Of a stretch of 62,984 nucleotides of DNA, positions 41,420-53,512 are shown in pieces. Source of the stretch: Seison nebaliae (Eukaryota); assembly GCA_023231475.1 (NCBI GenBank), contig JALJEE010002469.1:62001-124984 (forward strand), given 5' to 3'. Positions within the stretch are counted from its first letter, which is position 1. Each line of letters opens with the position of its first letter. The notes under the pieces are model-generated. The model saw only the letters and a list, made by a program, of their open reading frames with translations. It did no database searches and was not told where the DNA came from. Both the position numbers and the translations under genes were made by a program.

Positions 41420-41747
41420 GGTCGATTAGTGGACACCCTCTTTGGATCCCTAATCGACCTTATTGTCATGGACAACAATTTTCGAGGGGAAATCGTTCGT
41501 CAGGGATCATTTCACCAGATCGTTATCGTTTTGGTGAAAATCGATCACTGGCGAACGGCGAATAAATATGGTAAGGTATTTTAAATACTCGTTTCCATAA
41601 AGGGTTTTGGGAGGTCTAAATGGGAATATTGATGTAGATACGTCTACATCAACAATTACTTTCTCCTAAGACCCCGTAAATATTTCAATTATGGATATGG
41701 AAATTTTTACGTTAATATCCTACTGCCTTGATCAGAAGGTAATGGAT
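41420..41747 (+). ncRNA. Putative structured non-coding element (cluster of stem-loops), identity unknown
   Basis: Stems read directly: 41420-41429/41450-41459 (10 bp perfect); 41494-41503/41548-41557 enclosing 41511-41517/41532-41538; 41602-41613/41663-41674 (12 bp with 2 G-U); 41629-41638/41643-41652 (10 bp perfect, TACG loop). Most wobble pairs are G-U on the + strand. Confidence 0.35.
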
Positions 41748-41760
41748 AAATTCTATATAA

Positions 41761-42105
41761 GGTTTAAAAACCAAAGTATTTCAATCAAGGGTTTAAAAGG
41801 CAAATAATGTCAATACAAGGGTTTAAAAAGCAAATTATATCAATATAAACGTTTTAAAGGCAAATTATATCAATATAATGGTTTTAAAGGCAAATTATAT
41901 CAATATAATGGTTTTAAAGACAAATTATATCAATATAATGGTTTTAAATCCAAATTATATCAATATAATGGTTTTAGAGGCAAATTATATCAATATATTG
42001 GTTTTAAAGGCAAATTATATCAATATAATGGTATTAAATCCAAATTATATCAATATAATGGTTTTAAAGGCAAATTATATCAATATAATGGTTTAAAAGA
42101 CAATT
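41761..42105. repeat. 30-bp minisatellite, ~11.5 copies, consensus GTTTTAAAGGCAAATTATATCAATATAATG
   Basis: Units are in register every 30 nt. The first three copies are degenerate and the rest near-identical. No unique spacers. Confidence 0.95.
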
Positions 42106-42485
42106 AGTTGGATATTAAAGAAAAATTGGAATAAAAGATAAGAAAAGAAACGTATTTTAATCACCTTGGGACCCTTTTTGACAAGTGCAATGATATTTTA
42201 AAACTTAATTTGATTTTGGATCGATTACGTTTGATTTACAACTGGTAACAATGAAATTTTTTTGACAATGAATAAATTTTTATTATTAATTCTTATAAAT
42301 AGATTAAAATGATTTTATTGTTGAAATAAAAATTTTGGTGTTAAATTTAAAAATAAAATGGACGCAATTTGAAAGGATTGTTTTGAAAAAGAATGTTCGA
42401 AAAGAAATTTCAGATTATGACATGAGAATTTGTTCTCGATAAAAAGAGAGAGGTCATTATTAAATTTGGGAGATACGTATATCTA

Positions 42486-45019
42486 TTATAGATGATAATG
42501 TTTTTGGATTTCAGAAGCAGAAGTGATTAAACCTAAACTTGATATGTATGCACATGCGCCGAATAGAGCGGCTACGATAATAAAAATGTCAATTGAATGA
42601 AAGAATGAGAGGACGGTGGATAGACTGAGAGTGAGAACGATTTGTGATGAATACCATGCACCATCTAATATTGCCATATCTAAACTAACACCATTGCTAT
42701 GTCTAGGTTTATCTTGATAGAATAACTGAATGAGAATATTTATAAATTATAATTTAATAACATTAATAAACTAACTTTCTTCTTGAGATGAAAAGTGGAG
42801 ACTAATGTAAAAGGAATGACAGTTAAAGTGGCAAATAAGAATCCTGTGAAAGAGCTCATCAGATGTACCATATAAATTTCATGCTGAATGATATTAGAGT
42901 ATGTTCTGATATCGAATAAATTGGCAAGTATTGTGGAATTGTTGAAATTGGATGGTTTCAACGAACCTTTCATATCATCCATAATTTGAATGAGAGAATG
43001 ATTTATTTTCCATGACTTTTTTATTTGTTGTGCTAGAGGTTGATAGTTTTCATTCGTGAAATATATTGGAGTTTGTAATAATTGGAGATCTTGTGAGAAA
43101 TGAACGACACACAACATGAAGATCATTGAGAGAATGAACGATAATACTCCTAATGAATAAATACGTCTCGTTCCATAACGACGAATGAGTTGAGGAACTG
43201 ACAACGCATAAATGGCCGAAACGATACAATGCAACAATAATCCATGAGAACCAGAACGAATTCCTGTATCATAACGTTGATGTGATCGTTCGCTAATAAG
43301 TTCGTTCGGATTGCCCAGAAATAAGCGACGACCAATCCAATCGGTATAGAAGAAGTTCCAACACATCAAACCAGCCCACGAAAAGAAATCGGTATAAGCC
43401 AATTTCCTTAAAACATATGGTGCTCGAAAGAAATAGACGAAATAAATTGGAATTATACGTCGAAGAAAAGTTTTTGGTTTTTTCAAATTCTTCTTTCGCC
43501 CATCTCTCACAATCAATAGACTGGAATTTGAATTTCGACTACTTTCAAAATGTTGCATAGATGTTGTTGAATTAAATAATTCTTTTTTTTTCTCGTTGTG
43601 GAAATCAGTCGAATCTTCATCATCCGAATCATCAAACATTTCTGAGGAACTTTCCTCCTCAGAATCATCATCAGTACAAGATGGACATGGAGAGTCAAAT
43701 GGAATAATTTGATCATTTCTCGATGAATTCTTCTTTCCATTCGCTAATAATTGTCGACGTTTCGATTTATTTCGATGTCGATAGAAACTTTTTCGTCTTC
43801 TCAATTCCGTTGCTGATGACATAGTGAGAGAGAAAGTGATGGTAAATAAGACGAGTAACAAGCCGATAACTGCCCGCTCTTGAGTGGTATTTTGGAGGAA
43901 TTCTTTCGTATTCTGAATAATATTAACGAATGATTTATTATTTTTGTTGATGATGTGACGATTCTTTTTCCTTGTTGATGGTACGACCAGTAATGTCCAA
44001 TGAACTGAAGAGACATAATATCCGATACAACCGCCAATACTCATCATTGTCGAATAGATAATAAATGACGAATGATGTTGAGCCGTACCTCTGGTTAATT
44101 CAGAGATCAATGCTTCACATGGAGTTAATAATGCTTCAGAAGTAAAATCAAAAATTACGATCATAAAAATCAGACCGAAAGTTGGTAAATATGATAAGTA
44201 ATATATTAGATATTGATTAACTGATGAATGTTTATGTTGATGAAATGAAGAAATATTTCTTTGTTTGAGAAGTTGTTGAGTGGATGATGGTTTTATTAGA
44301 CTATTATTATTCTTCTCAATCAATTGAGTTATGTCATGTAAGTTCGATGTATTTTTTGGATGTAAGAGATGATTGATAAAATTTGAATTATTTATATCAA
44401 TACCATTCTTTTTTATAATCGATGGTATTTCTAATGATTTTGGTGTGTTTAATGTGGATGTGTGAAATGCTCTCGGATTCGGTCCAAATGACGATTGCTG
44501 ATATGTTTGTGGTTGTTGTTGCATTAGAATCTCATCATATAAATCGAACTTCTTTAATACTTGTGCTATCCACATCTCTATCCATGGCATACATGCTAAA
44601 GAAATCATCAAGAGAAGTGAGAATCCGATAATGAACGGTTTCCTCTTACCTAATCGATCTGATATTCTCGAAATATATGGCATAACCGCTAAACAAATAA
44701 ATGGACCTAAGCCTAAGATGATCCCTATTCGAGATTCGTTAATGCCCGATTTCAATAATAATGGTGGTGCAAATGCAAATACACCACTCACCGTAAATTC
44801 CACTCCACAAATTATACAGTTTAACATGATAAGACGATAGAAAGGAATCACCGGTTTTCTCGTAACTTCAACCAACGCCTCATCTCGTCTCCATCGTCCA
44901 TACACTAAATTTTTCAAATTATCATAAATTTGATGAAGACAAAGAAGTGGTAGAGTTAAAAGGAAAATTATTAATGAGAATAATTGTTGTATTGGATTCC
45001 TGAAACATTTTCGGAACAT
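42486..45019 (-). CDS. SLC45-family MFS sugar/H+ symporter (SLC45A3/prostein-like), ~827 aa, 2 exons
   Basis: Exons 45019-42776 and 42725-42486 (50-nt intron). Motifs LNCIICGVEF...PPLLLKSG, SDRLGKRKPFI, DFTSEALLTPCEALISE, FFYTDWIG, YDTGIRSGSHGL and LDMAILDGAWYSSQIV match the SLC45 family. Confidence 0.9.
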
Positions 45020-45426
45020 TCTGCATTCTTTTCACAAAAGAAAAATTATTAATAAATTATCAAATTTTTTAACATCACAAATTTTTCCATCTTCTCAGGA
45101 AGGTGTAATCAATCAATCAATCAAACATATCAGAACAGAAAACGATAATAGAAAATTAAAAAAAAAAGGAAAATCTGTAAGAAGACAACTATAACTTATA
45201 AGAAAGGACCATCTGTTACTTGACTTCCTTCTTATAATAATTTTCCATTAAAACAATCTTTCGACATATTATTGGAACATTTATTTGATTCATCCAGAAA
45301 TTTAATACTCAGAGAATGTTTACTTAATTTCTTTGAGAATAAACATCAATTCATCAATTCAACATCGATACAATAAACATAATTTCTTTTATAAGATTAA
45401 AAATGAGAGAAATAAAATAAATGATC

Positions 45427-47113
45427 TTATCGCAGATAGTTAGATGTTGAAAGAATGGAATTATATATCGTATCAGTCACTCCGATATTATTGAAGGAAT
45501 TTCCATTCAACAAAATGGATGACCAATTTAATGATTTTAAGATTGAGCTAATTTCAGGTAATATTTCCGTTCGATAACCAACGTCATATTGAGGAATGGC
45601 ATTCTCATAAAAATTACAAATAGAAAATACCGGAACTTTATCCGTTTTGATGACCTGATGTGATTTGATGGAATTGAGAGAGAATTGTCGGAAATATTCC
45701 TCGAAATTTTTTCCGCTCTTTCGATAATTTTTCCAGAGATCATCAAAATGATTCCTTCCTCCCATCAATATGGTTAATCTGCCACGTTCTTTCTTATTGA
45801 CAAGTCGATCTTGTGAGGGGAAAATGAAAGAATCGAATATCACTCCAAGTACACCGATGGATGATGATGATGATGTCGATTCATTTCGTGAAGAAGGAAC
45901 GAGATATCCGAATGATTCTTTTATCATTTCTTCATTGATGATTTCTTTTAGTGGTTCATCAAATTCCAAACAAGAAACAATCATATTAGTTGAATGTATT
46001 CGATTTAATGAATGAGACAATTCATTCCATTTTCTATTCTTTTTTATGATTAGACGACTTAATTCACGAGAATTAATTGCAGAAATAATTAAATCATAAT
46101 TTTCTGATAAACAATTTGTTGAATGAATCGAATTCTTCTCAATTGATTCGATTTGACAATTTTTCAATATTTTCAATTTTATTCCATTCTTCAAACAATT
46201 CTCTTCAGATTTCTTCAGAAGAATATTCGTTAATTCACTCAATCCTTTCTCCATCGTCCAAACTGCCACGTCCATGTTATCCAAAATATTCTCATCAGCA
46301 AATGGCCAAACATCAGTAAGAATATTATATTTCGAACCAATTTGTTCACTAATTTCTGTTGAATGATTTTCATTCTTTCTTTTAACTCTCCTCATCCCTC
46401 TCAATAGACTACCAGTTTTTAATAAATGTTCACCGAATTCATTCGGAATAGTTGCTCGTGCACTAAAAAAAAAGAGAGAAAGAGAGAGTTGAGAGAACTA
46501 TCTTAATCAATTTAACCTTAAACGATCGATATCACCTGCATAAATGCCTGAGAGTGCAGCATCGATTACATTACTCGTTAAATTGGCACCAAAGATATGA
46601 TTACATAAATCTCGGACACTCGTATCATCACATTTCTCAAAAGGATTCCCACGAATATTATCTAATTAAGATAAATATGAAATTTTGTTGGGATGGAAAG
46701 AAACTTGAAATCTCTCGACAAATCAAAGAAAACATCGATTCTCCAAAAATTTTTCTCGAAAATAAAGATGGTCGTTCAATGAGAACGGGTCGATTCTCAT
46801 GAAGAATATAACGATTTTTAAATATTTTATTCTTTTTCGATATCGTCAAAATATCGGAGGATGATGATGATAAATTTTGGAAAAGATTCAAAATTCTTCG
46901 TCCTTCAATTCCATCACCACATCGTATTGTATGAGCACCTAATTCGAAGAGACCTGATCGATCATTTCCTTCCAATTTGTACGTGTTCGTCCATCCTCCA
47001 ATTTTCGACGATTTTTCATATAAATCGATTTGTCCATTACGTAAAAGAGAAGTGGCTGCATAAAGAGAAGATAATCCACTCAATCCACCTCCAACAATAC
47101 CAATTCTTAACAT
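45427..47113 (-). CDS. PPOX: Protoporphyrinogen oxidase (HemY-type FAD oxidase), ~529 aa, 3 exons
   Basis: Exons 47113-46705, 46661-46517, 46462-45427 (introns 43 and 54 nt). Rossmann motif IGIVGGGLSGLSS; FELGAHTIR; GIYAGDIDRLS; FGYLVPS; LGVIFDS; AIPQYDVG; GNSFNNIGVTD. Confidence 0.92.
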
Positions 47114-47297
47114 GACTAAATTAACTCTAAAGAAATTAATGAAATTGAATTTTTTTATCTTTTTAACAATTCGAGAAGAAATTTCTCAGAAATCTATTGA
47201 CTTTTATTCTTAGAGAATATATTTATAGAATATATGTATATTCTTCTTCAATTCATTCGTAATATCTTTCTCTCGTTCTTTCCAATTAAATTTTCCA

Positions 47298-49151
47298 TTA
47301 GTCAATGAATAACATATAAAGAATTTGATCGATTGATGGAACTTGAGCTGACAATATGTAAAGTAAATTGAACAAATGAAGAAGAAATTGAAGGTAAATT
47401 CGTTTGATGGAGATCTCCGTTTCTTGTTTCTTTTTCAAAAGAGAAAGATAATTGGTGAAATAATTGTAATTACGTTGTTGATATGCAGATGGATTTGTGT
47501 GCACATCATCCACCATCGAAGTGGTGGATTTGAGAAATAATCGAATAAATTTCGAAAATTTTAAATTGAACGGCAATTCATTATTCTCATTCCAAATGTC
47601 CAAATATTGGTTCCAATCGAAAAAAAAATTTTTACAATTTATCAAATTGGCGAAGGATTCCATCGATTGATTCGTTCCAACCGTCATTCTTTCCTCCATA
47701 AATCGATATTTGATGAGTGGCGCATAAAAATCGAAGAGATTGAGAACTTCATGTCTCGGAATCCTCAACTCTTTCATTCGTTCCGTTAATTGCATATGAG
47801 GAATGACTCGTCGAATTTGACGGAGATAATTCACTAAAGGAAATTGTGAACGAAAATTGCTGGAAGAATTATTCTCTCGTCTCAACCACGAATCGATGGA
47901 GAAACTCAATCGTAACATTTGTTTAATGACGGTTAATTCGAGATGATGAATGGGAGTCGATTCACAATATAACATAAGTAGAAAGTTGCGATTAGGAAAA
48001 TCGATATCACCTTCACCAATTCCGAAACTGGTTCTCAATTGAACACTTCTCTGATCAATGTAAATGTTACGATTGAACATTTTCGAATAATCAATTTCCA
48101 TTCCGAATTCTTCTTTTTTCAAAATCTCCAAATCAGTTGGAGTGAGTTTGAATATGCCAATGTCATCCGTATCTTCGATCTCATTTGAATAATTATCGAA
48201 AAGAACATCATCGAATAAATTCAATTTGACCAATGGATTATTTACATAATCATCCACTCGACTAAACGCGTTGATGAGTTGGAGTGAGAGTCCGGGAAAT
48301 TTAAGTTTTCGGAATTCGTTTCCATTCTTCAAAAAATATGAGACGAATGAATATGGACGAACGAGTGAAGGATATTGTTGATTAAATGAAATGATATGTC
48401 GTTCTCTCATTTTCTCATTTTCCATTTCTTCTAATTGAGAAGTTTCAATCGAATTCTTCGTCGAGTCATAAGCGAATTGTAAAGGAATTCTCAAATCATT
48501 TTTTTTCGGTTCATAATTAAGGAATTTAATCGTTGAATTGGTGAGAAAGAGATTTTGATAAACTTCTTCGAAATATTTATAATTCTCACCCAATTTCATC
48601 AATGGCTCTTCGATTCCGGTTAATAAATCGAATTGATTAATTCGATTTGCTGCAGCATATTGACGGAATTGAAAATAGAAATCTTCTTTTGACGTCATTG
48701 GTGATTGGGAGAATTTAACGAAATGAAGATCAGATGTGGAAAGAATAGAAGAATTATCGACAATTGTAGAGAGCGAAGAAATGATAAGATGATAAATCGC
48801 TTTCAATTCATCAATCGATCGACATGTCATCTTCGATATCTTACACCAATCACATGCGATGGAACTATTGAAAATTTTTATAAGTTCCTTGAACAATTTC
48901 TCCGACCACATACCAAATAATTCTAATTGGAATCGATGATTCCAATGTTCCGTATCAATTCCATAAATAAAACATTTCATGCAACATTTATATTCTACCG
49001 GTTCACACGTCACACATTGAAGAAGGAAACAATTGGCGCTGGTGAAAATGGTGAGACATTCGTTGCACATAAATTTCCCATACGAATGTTGTACTTCACT
49101 CTCATGATAATTAACAGCAGCAGCGAATAATGGCAATTTATCAATTTTCAT
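47298..49151 (-). CDS. Divergent ZZ-zinc-finger + SANT-like protein, probably transcriptional adaptor ADA2 (TADA2)-like, 617 aa, intronless
   Basis: N-terminal CNEC...CVTC...CMKCF..G...H..H matches ZZ spacing. It is followed by W...W-spaced SANT-like helices (GMWSEK...DWCKIS...ELKAIY) and YEPKKNDL, which resembles the ADA2 YxPxRxDF motif. ORF is certain; family call is inference. Confidence 0.6.
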   Translation of the reverse strand: MKIDKLPLFAAAVNYHESEVQHSYGKFMCNECLTIFTSANCFLLQCVTCEPVEYKCCMKCFIYGIDTEHWNHRFQLELFGMWSEKLFKELIKIFNSSIACDWCKISKMTCRSIDELKAIYHLIISSLSTIVDNSSILSTSDLHFVKFSQSPMTSKEDFYFQFRQYAAANRINQFDLLTGIEEPLMKLGENYKYFEEVYQNLFLTNSTIKFLNYEPKKNDLRIPLQFAYDSTKNSIETSQLEEMENEKMRERHIISFNQQYPSLVRPYSFVSYFLKNGNEFRKLKFPGLSLQLINAFSRVDDYVNNPLVKLNLFDDVLFDNYSNEIEDTDDIGIFKLTPTDLEILKKEEFGMEIDYSKMFNRNIYIDQRSVQLRTSFGIGEGDIDFPNRNFLLMLYCESTPIHHLELTVIKQMLRLSFSIDSWLRRENNSSSNFRSQFPLVNYLRQIRRVIPHMQLTERMKELRIPRHEVLNLFDFYAPLIKYRFMEERMTVGTNQSMESFANLINCKNFFFDWNQYLDIWNENNELPFNLKFSKFIRLFLKSTTSMVDDVHTNPSAYQQRNYNYFTNYLSLLKKKQETEISIKRIYLQFLLHLFNLLYILSAQVPSIDQILYMLFID

Positions 49152-49716
49152 TTTTTATAAAATTTCTTTTAACAAACAAATTGTTCTTGAAAAACACTTT
49201 TATTTTTTTCTTCTCGAGAAAGAAATTATCTAGAAATTTTTTCGTTTTCTGAAAAATTTCAGATGAAATTGAGAATTTTGTAATTTAATTAAAAAACTTA
49301 TCTCAACCCGACATAGTATTTATTGGGGAAAATTAAACTAGTTAGAATGAGAAGAAAAAGTTGGAGAGAATTCCACTACTCTAAAAAAATTATTCTTCTA
49401 TTCAATTTATTTGTACTATTATGTAATTTATCGGGAAATTTAATAGGAAAATATTTGATCATGTTAACTACACGGAAAAATATTTTCCGTTGACTGCAGA
49501 GATTATTGATCAACAATAATATATTGTTTTTACATATTCTTGAAGAAAAGGAACTTTCTTCGAAATTTTCATTTTTACGGAAATTTTATACATTTCCAAA
49601 TTTTCATAAGTTCGTCATTGATATATGAATTGGCGTATTAGTAATAAGTGAAAGAGATGAAGTGTTTCGTTGAAGCATCGATGAGATAAGGACTATGATA
49701 TCCAACGAATCTTTTA

Positions 49717-49778
49717 TGTGTCTGTGTGTGTGTGTGTGTGAGTGTGTGTGTGTGTGTGTGTGAGTGTGTGTGTGTGTG
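49717..49778. repeat. (TG)n microsatellite, ~30 units with a few interruptions
   Basis: Direct reading. Confidence 0.95.
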
Positions 49779-52700
49779 CTCACAATGAAAGTAATAATGC
49801 TTTCCGACGTGTATCATCAGCTAAAATGGAGAGAGTAGTAATCCATCATTTGCTACAACATTTTTCATATATATTAAGAAAAATAAAAATAAATAATAAT
49901 TACAGCTTCCCTCATAATCATACGTCAGTATATGATAGTGTTATCGTTCATTCATGCTGCCCACCAATTCATTCAGAGAACATTTCTTTCAAGTTGAGGA
50001 GGGATGCGTCATTAATTTAACTTCTACGTCATCCGTCTCCATTTAACTTAAACTTACGAAATGCTCATTTGGGGGAAAATCTTTTTCCAGCATGAATTTA
50101 GTTGAAATATAAAAATTTAGTTGTAAGTTCGAAGAAGATAAGTTGATGAAAGGCAGAGAAGATGAATGTGGGAGTGAAGGAGGGGAAGGTCGAACATGTA
50201 AGGAAGTTGCGATTAAACATTTAATAACTAAGGGCATTTAGAAGAGAGGAGCAATCGAACGAATAAAAGTAGTTGAGTCGGCAAAATTATCCAATATTGC
50301 CGAGAGGAAGGAAGAGAGAAAGTATTTGATGATATGATTGAAAAGTTTAAATCAATTCATCTCTTCCTTTATCATTTCCGTTCTTTTCTTCACTACTTAT
50401 CATCAACGAATTATAAGATGGTCATCACCAAACTCTATGGGGATGTTGAACAACAGCATGCGTTTCCTTCACAAAATAGAATAAAGATAAGAATCTGTTA
50501 ATTTTTATTTAAACAATACGTAGAAAGAAATGAAGGAATTCGGAGAGATTGTTTATTTTATTGAACATTAATGAGTCAAATAGTCGTATCGTCTTGGGCA
50601 TGGTGAAATCGGAATGTTTCTCGTCAAACTTTAATGAACTTTCTTATAAGCTTATAATTTGAATTTTGAAAAATAAAAATTATTTGTGGAAAACGGACAC
50701 GATATAATTGCGGTGAAGAACAATAGTAAATTCCATTCAAAGTTCCACAGTATAAAGTACAATTGGCTTATTTGTTCAGTCCATATCAATTTCTATATTG
50801 ACCAAACCAATCACTCTCTAATCAAACAATACAACTATCAACTTTGAACTTGCTTCTTACGTGTTAGCCAGTGAGATTAACCATTGTTGTTGGAAGAATC
50901 GGAATTTGATTCCCGTTTGGCAATGCTAAACATTTATATTGTAAAATTAATATGTTTCAAATAAGTGTGACATGATTAACATAAAGAAATCTTTTAATAT
51001 CTCCTCAATTTCTTTCTGAATGTTTAGCTAGACAGATAAGACTCTAATAGATAAACTGACTTAGCTAGCTAACTAGTCCCACTGGTCGTTTGTTGAGGAA
51101 TTGATGTTCGTCACAGTTTTATGAGATGTGATGGCAAATGTCCTTCCATGGACGATTAGTAAAGGTACATGTACTGGTTGAAATGACTGTGGAAAAGAAA
51201 AGAGATAAATGGGAGTTGAGATGTGACTGTATATTCTTGAAATTGGTTCATTCGCATCAATTGATCATTTCCATCATATCTGGAATCTAGATTAAATAGA
51301 CGATTTCAGCAAACTTACTGATGTTTTAATTTGAAGTTCCCTCCACATATTCTCCGTAATGAAATTGAGGGGGAATTGATATTATGATTCATGTTCGATG
51401 TTTGCTAACAGCAAATAAGAAAGAAATCGGATCAATAAGAGACGAAGAGATTGGTAGAAGGAGAGAAAAGTGGATTTCTCTCTTGCAACTTTCATATAAT
51501 AGACGATTGACAGATCATTCTGGTGACAATAGTGAAAACAAAGGGTTGAACTGTCTAATCGACAAGGCGGAACAGGATTCGTCACCGGATTTACTAGTCG
51601 ATCTGATTAATCGAGAAATTTCTTCCTTTAAACAGATCGATTCGTTGCGATCAGGTCACACCATTCGAACTTCGTCTTACCTCCATCTCATCTTTATCCT
51701 TTTCATTTTTACTTATTCCCATTTCCATTTCTCATTTGATGTCATTCATTATCATCAGAATTCGTTTATGTTGAACTCTTCTCCTCCAACCAATTCCAGT
51801 TCTTTTGGCCTGAAAAGAAACTTCTCGATCCATATTATGATGATCGAGGTAGGAGATTTACTTTCTATGTTTCACATCGTTCTCACTAATGTTTCGATTC
51901 AATTCTTCCTTTCATTCCCATTCCCCCCACCAATATATGTTCATCTTCATTCATGTCAAAAGAAAAGAATGTCGAGCACCATCGATTAAGATTAATAATT
52001 GACTGTTTCACAACCAGAGAATAGAAATTAATTCATTTCTTTCCCTTCCCACACAAAACCGTTTCGTCGATTTTTCCTTTTTATGGAATTTTTAATGTCA
52101 ATTATCGTCAACATTACCAATTCCTTATCGATTCATCAATTATTCAACATTAATAATTTAATTAATATTGTTATAGTGTCCAATTACGTTGTGTCTAACC
52201 ACAAATCGTTCTCATTCAACAAAAAATTTCATCAACACTTTCACAATTATTCCATAAGGAATCTTCAAACGCATAATTTTCTTCAATTGAAAATTTTTCT
52301 AATGAAACGTACAAGCTTACTTAAAAGAAATTTCAATTTCTGAAAAGATTAAGAGAACTTCTTTAAACAAATCTTTACGGAAAAGAATTATTGGTAATGA
52401 TTAATATATTTATGATCAATAGAAAGGAATAGAATGTGAAGTGACAAACAACTTTCATACTTTTATGTAATTCAACAAACTACGACATGAATAGTATAAA
52501 ATTGAATATTTGTTTTCTATTATATTTCTTCTTTTTTTTTCGTTTATTTTTCTTCGGTTCCTATCGGAAGTACCATTCTTCCGCTTTTCTCCACACTTCG
52601 AGTTGTTTACAACAACGACCTCGTTTCTTTTTGTCATCGGTTTCCCTCACTACGTCCTATCAATTTCCTTTACGATTACAATTCCGTGTTCGTCTCTTTT

Positions 52701-53461
52701 GGTTAAGGAGAAGTGGTGATGAGATTTCTCTCAATCTTCCTCTCTACCATATTTTCATTCATTTCCATCATTATTATTGTTCGTCCGATAAATAGATAAA
52801 TAAACTCTACACTCAACATTTCCCAAGACGAACATTTTGTCAGTTCTTGTTTGACAGAAGGTCCAGAAGACAATTCGATCCTATAAAAACCATTCGATAA
52901 TTGTTTATGTTTTCCGTCGATCGATTAATTAAATGACGCAATCGCTAAATTCGATTTAAGTGAAATGAACTTTCTTTATTTACTTTCACCTGCTAAGTGT
53001 CAATAAACGAAGTTCTTCTCTTTCTCTCTCTCTCTCTCATCTTCCTTTCTTTACTGGTGCCGCTTCGTCTAATGATAAATTGAGTGGTCTTTGTTTATGT
53101 TTAGAAGACGATGGTTCTCCCCACTAAAGTGGATGGATGTGTTGACTGGATGGTTCGTTAGCATTCCATCAGCTGATGATGATATTTATATATATATTTT
53201 CATAATTTTCCTCATTTATTTTCTTTCCTATATTATTGAGGAGAAAGGTGGGGCATTTTCAAATGGCATGAGAAATCGGTTAGACAACGAAGAAATTACA
53301 GTTCTAATTTAACTGTTCGGACAATTTGTTCATTAATCTTCACTGAAAATTAAACTTCGATGTGTGGAATAGTAAAGATGGAAGATAATGATTTTGTGGG
53401 AATCATTTTTCTTCCTAATTATTTATTTCCATCCATATATTTTTATGGGAACCACCACTAC

Positions 53462-53464
53462 CAC

Positions 53465-53503
<39 letters not shown>

Positions 53504-53512
53504 TATTATTAT
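53462..53512. repeat. (CAT)n microsatellite grading into (TAT)n
   Basis: Direct reading, about 13 CAT units. Confidence 0.9.

Noticed and set aside
41455..41510. Hammerhead-like CTGACGA...GAAA...GTC on the minus strand
   Set aside because: Stem II does not pair and stem I is out of register with the cleavage triplet.
41500..41513. TCAGGGATCATTTC resembles U3 snoRNA box A
   Set aside because: The upstream GAC/A' context and downstream boxes B, C and D are not found, and the match lies inside a long hairpin arm.
41761..42105. CRISPR array, or a 72-aa repeat protein (ORF 41878..42096)
   Set aside because: Contiguous tandem units with no spacers, no cas genes and a eukaryotic context. The ORF arises because the 30-bp unit lacks a stop in one frame.
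994..47113. Stop-codon readthrough, frameshifting or an alternative genetic code to explain fragmented ORFs
   Set aside because: Every break is resolved by a short GT..AG intron that restores frame and conserved motifs under the standard code.
51384..51989. 201-aa plus-strand ORF
   Set aside because: F/I/S/H-rich composition typical of translated non-coding AT-rich DNA, with no motif. A small exon in its first half cannot be excluded.
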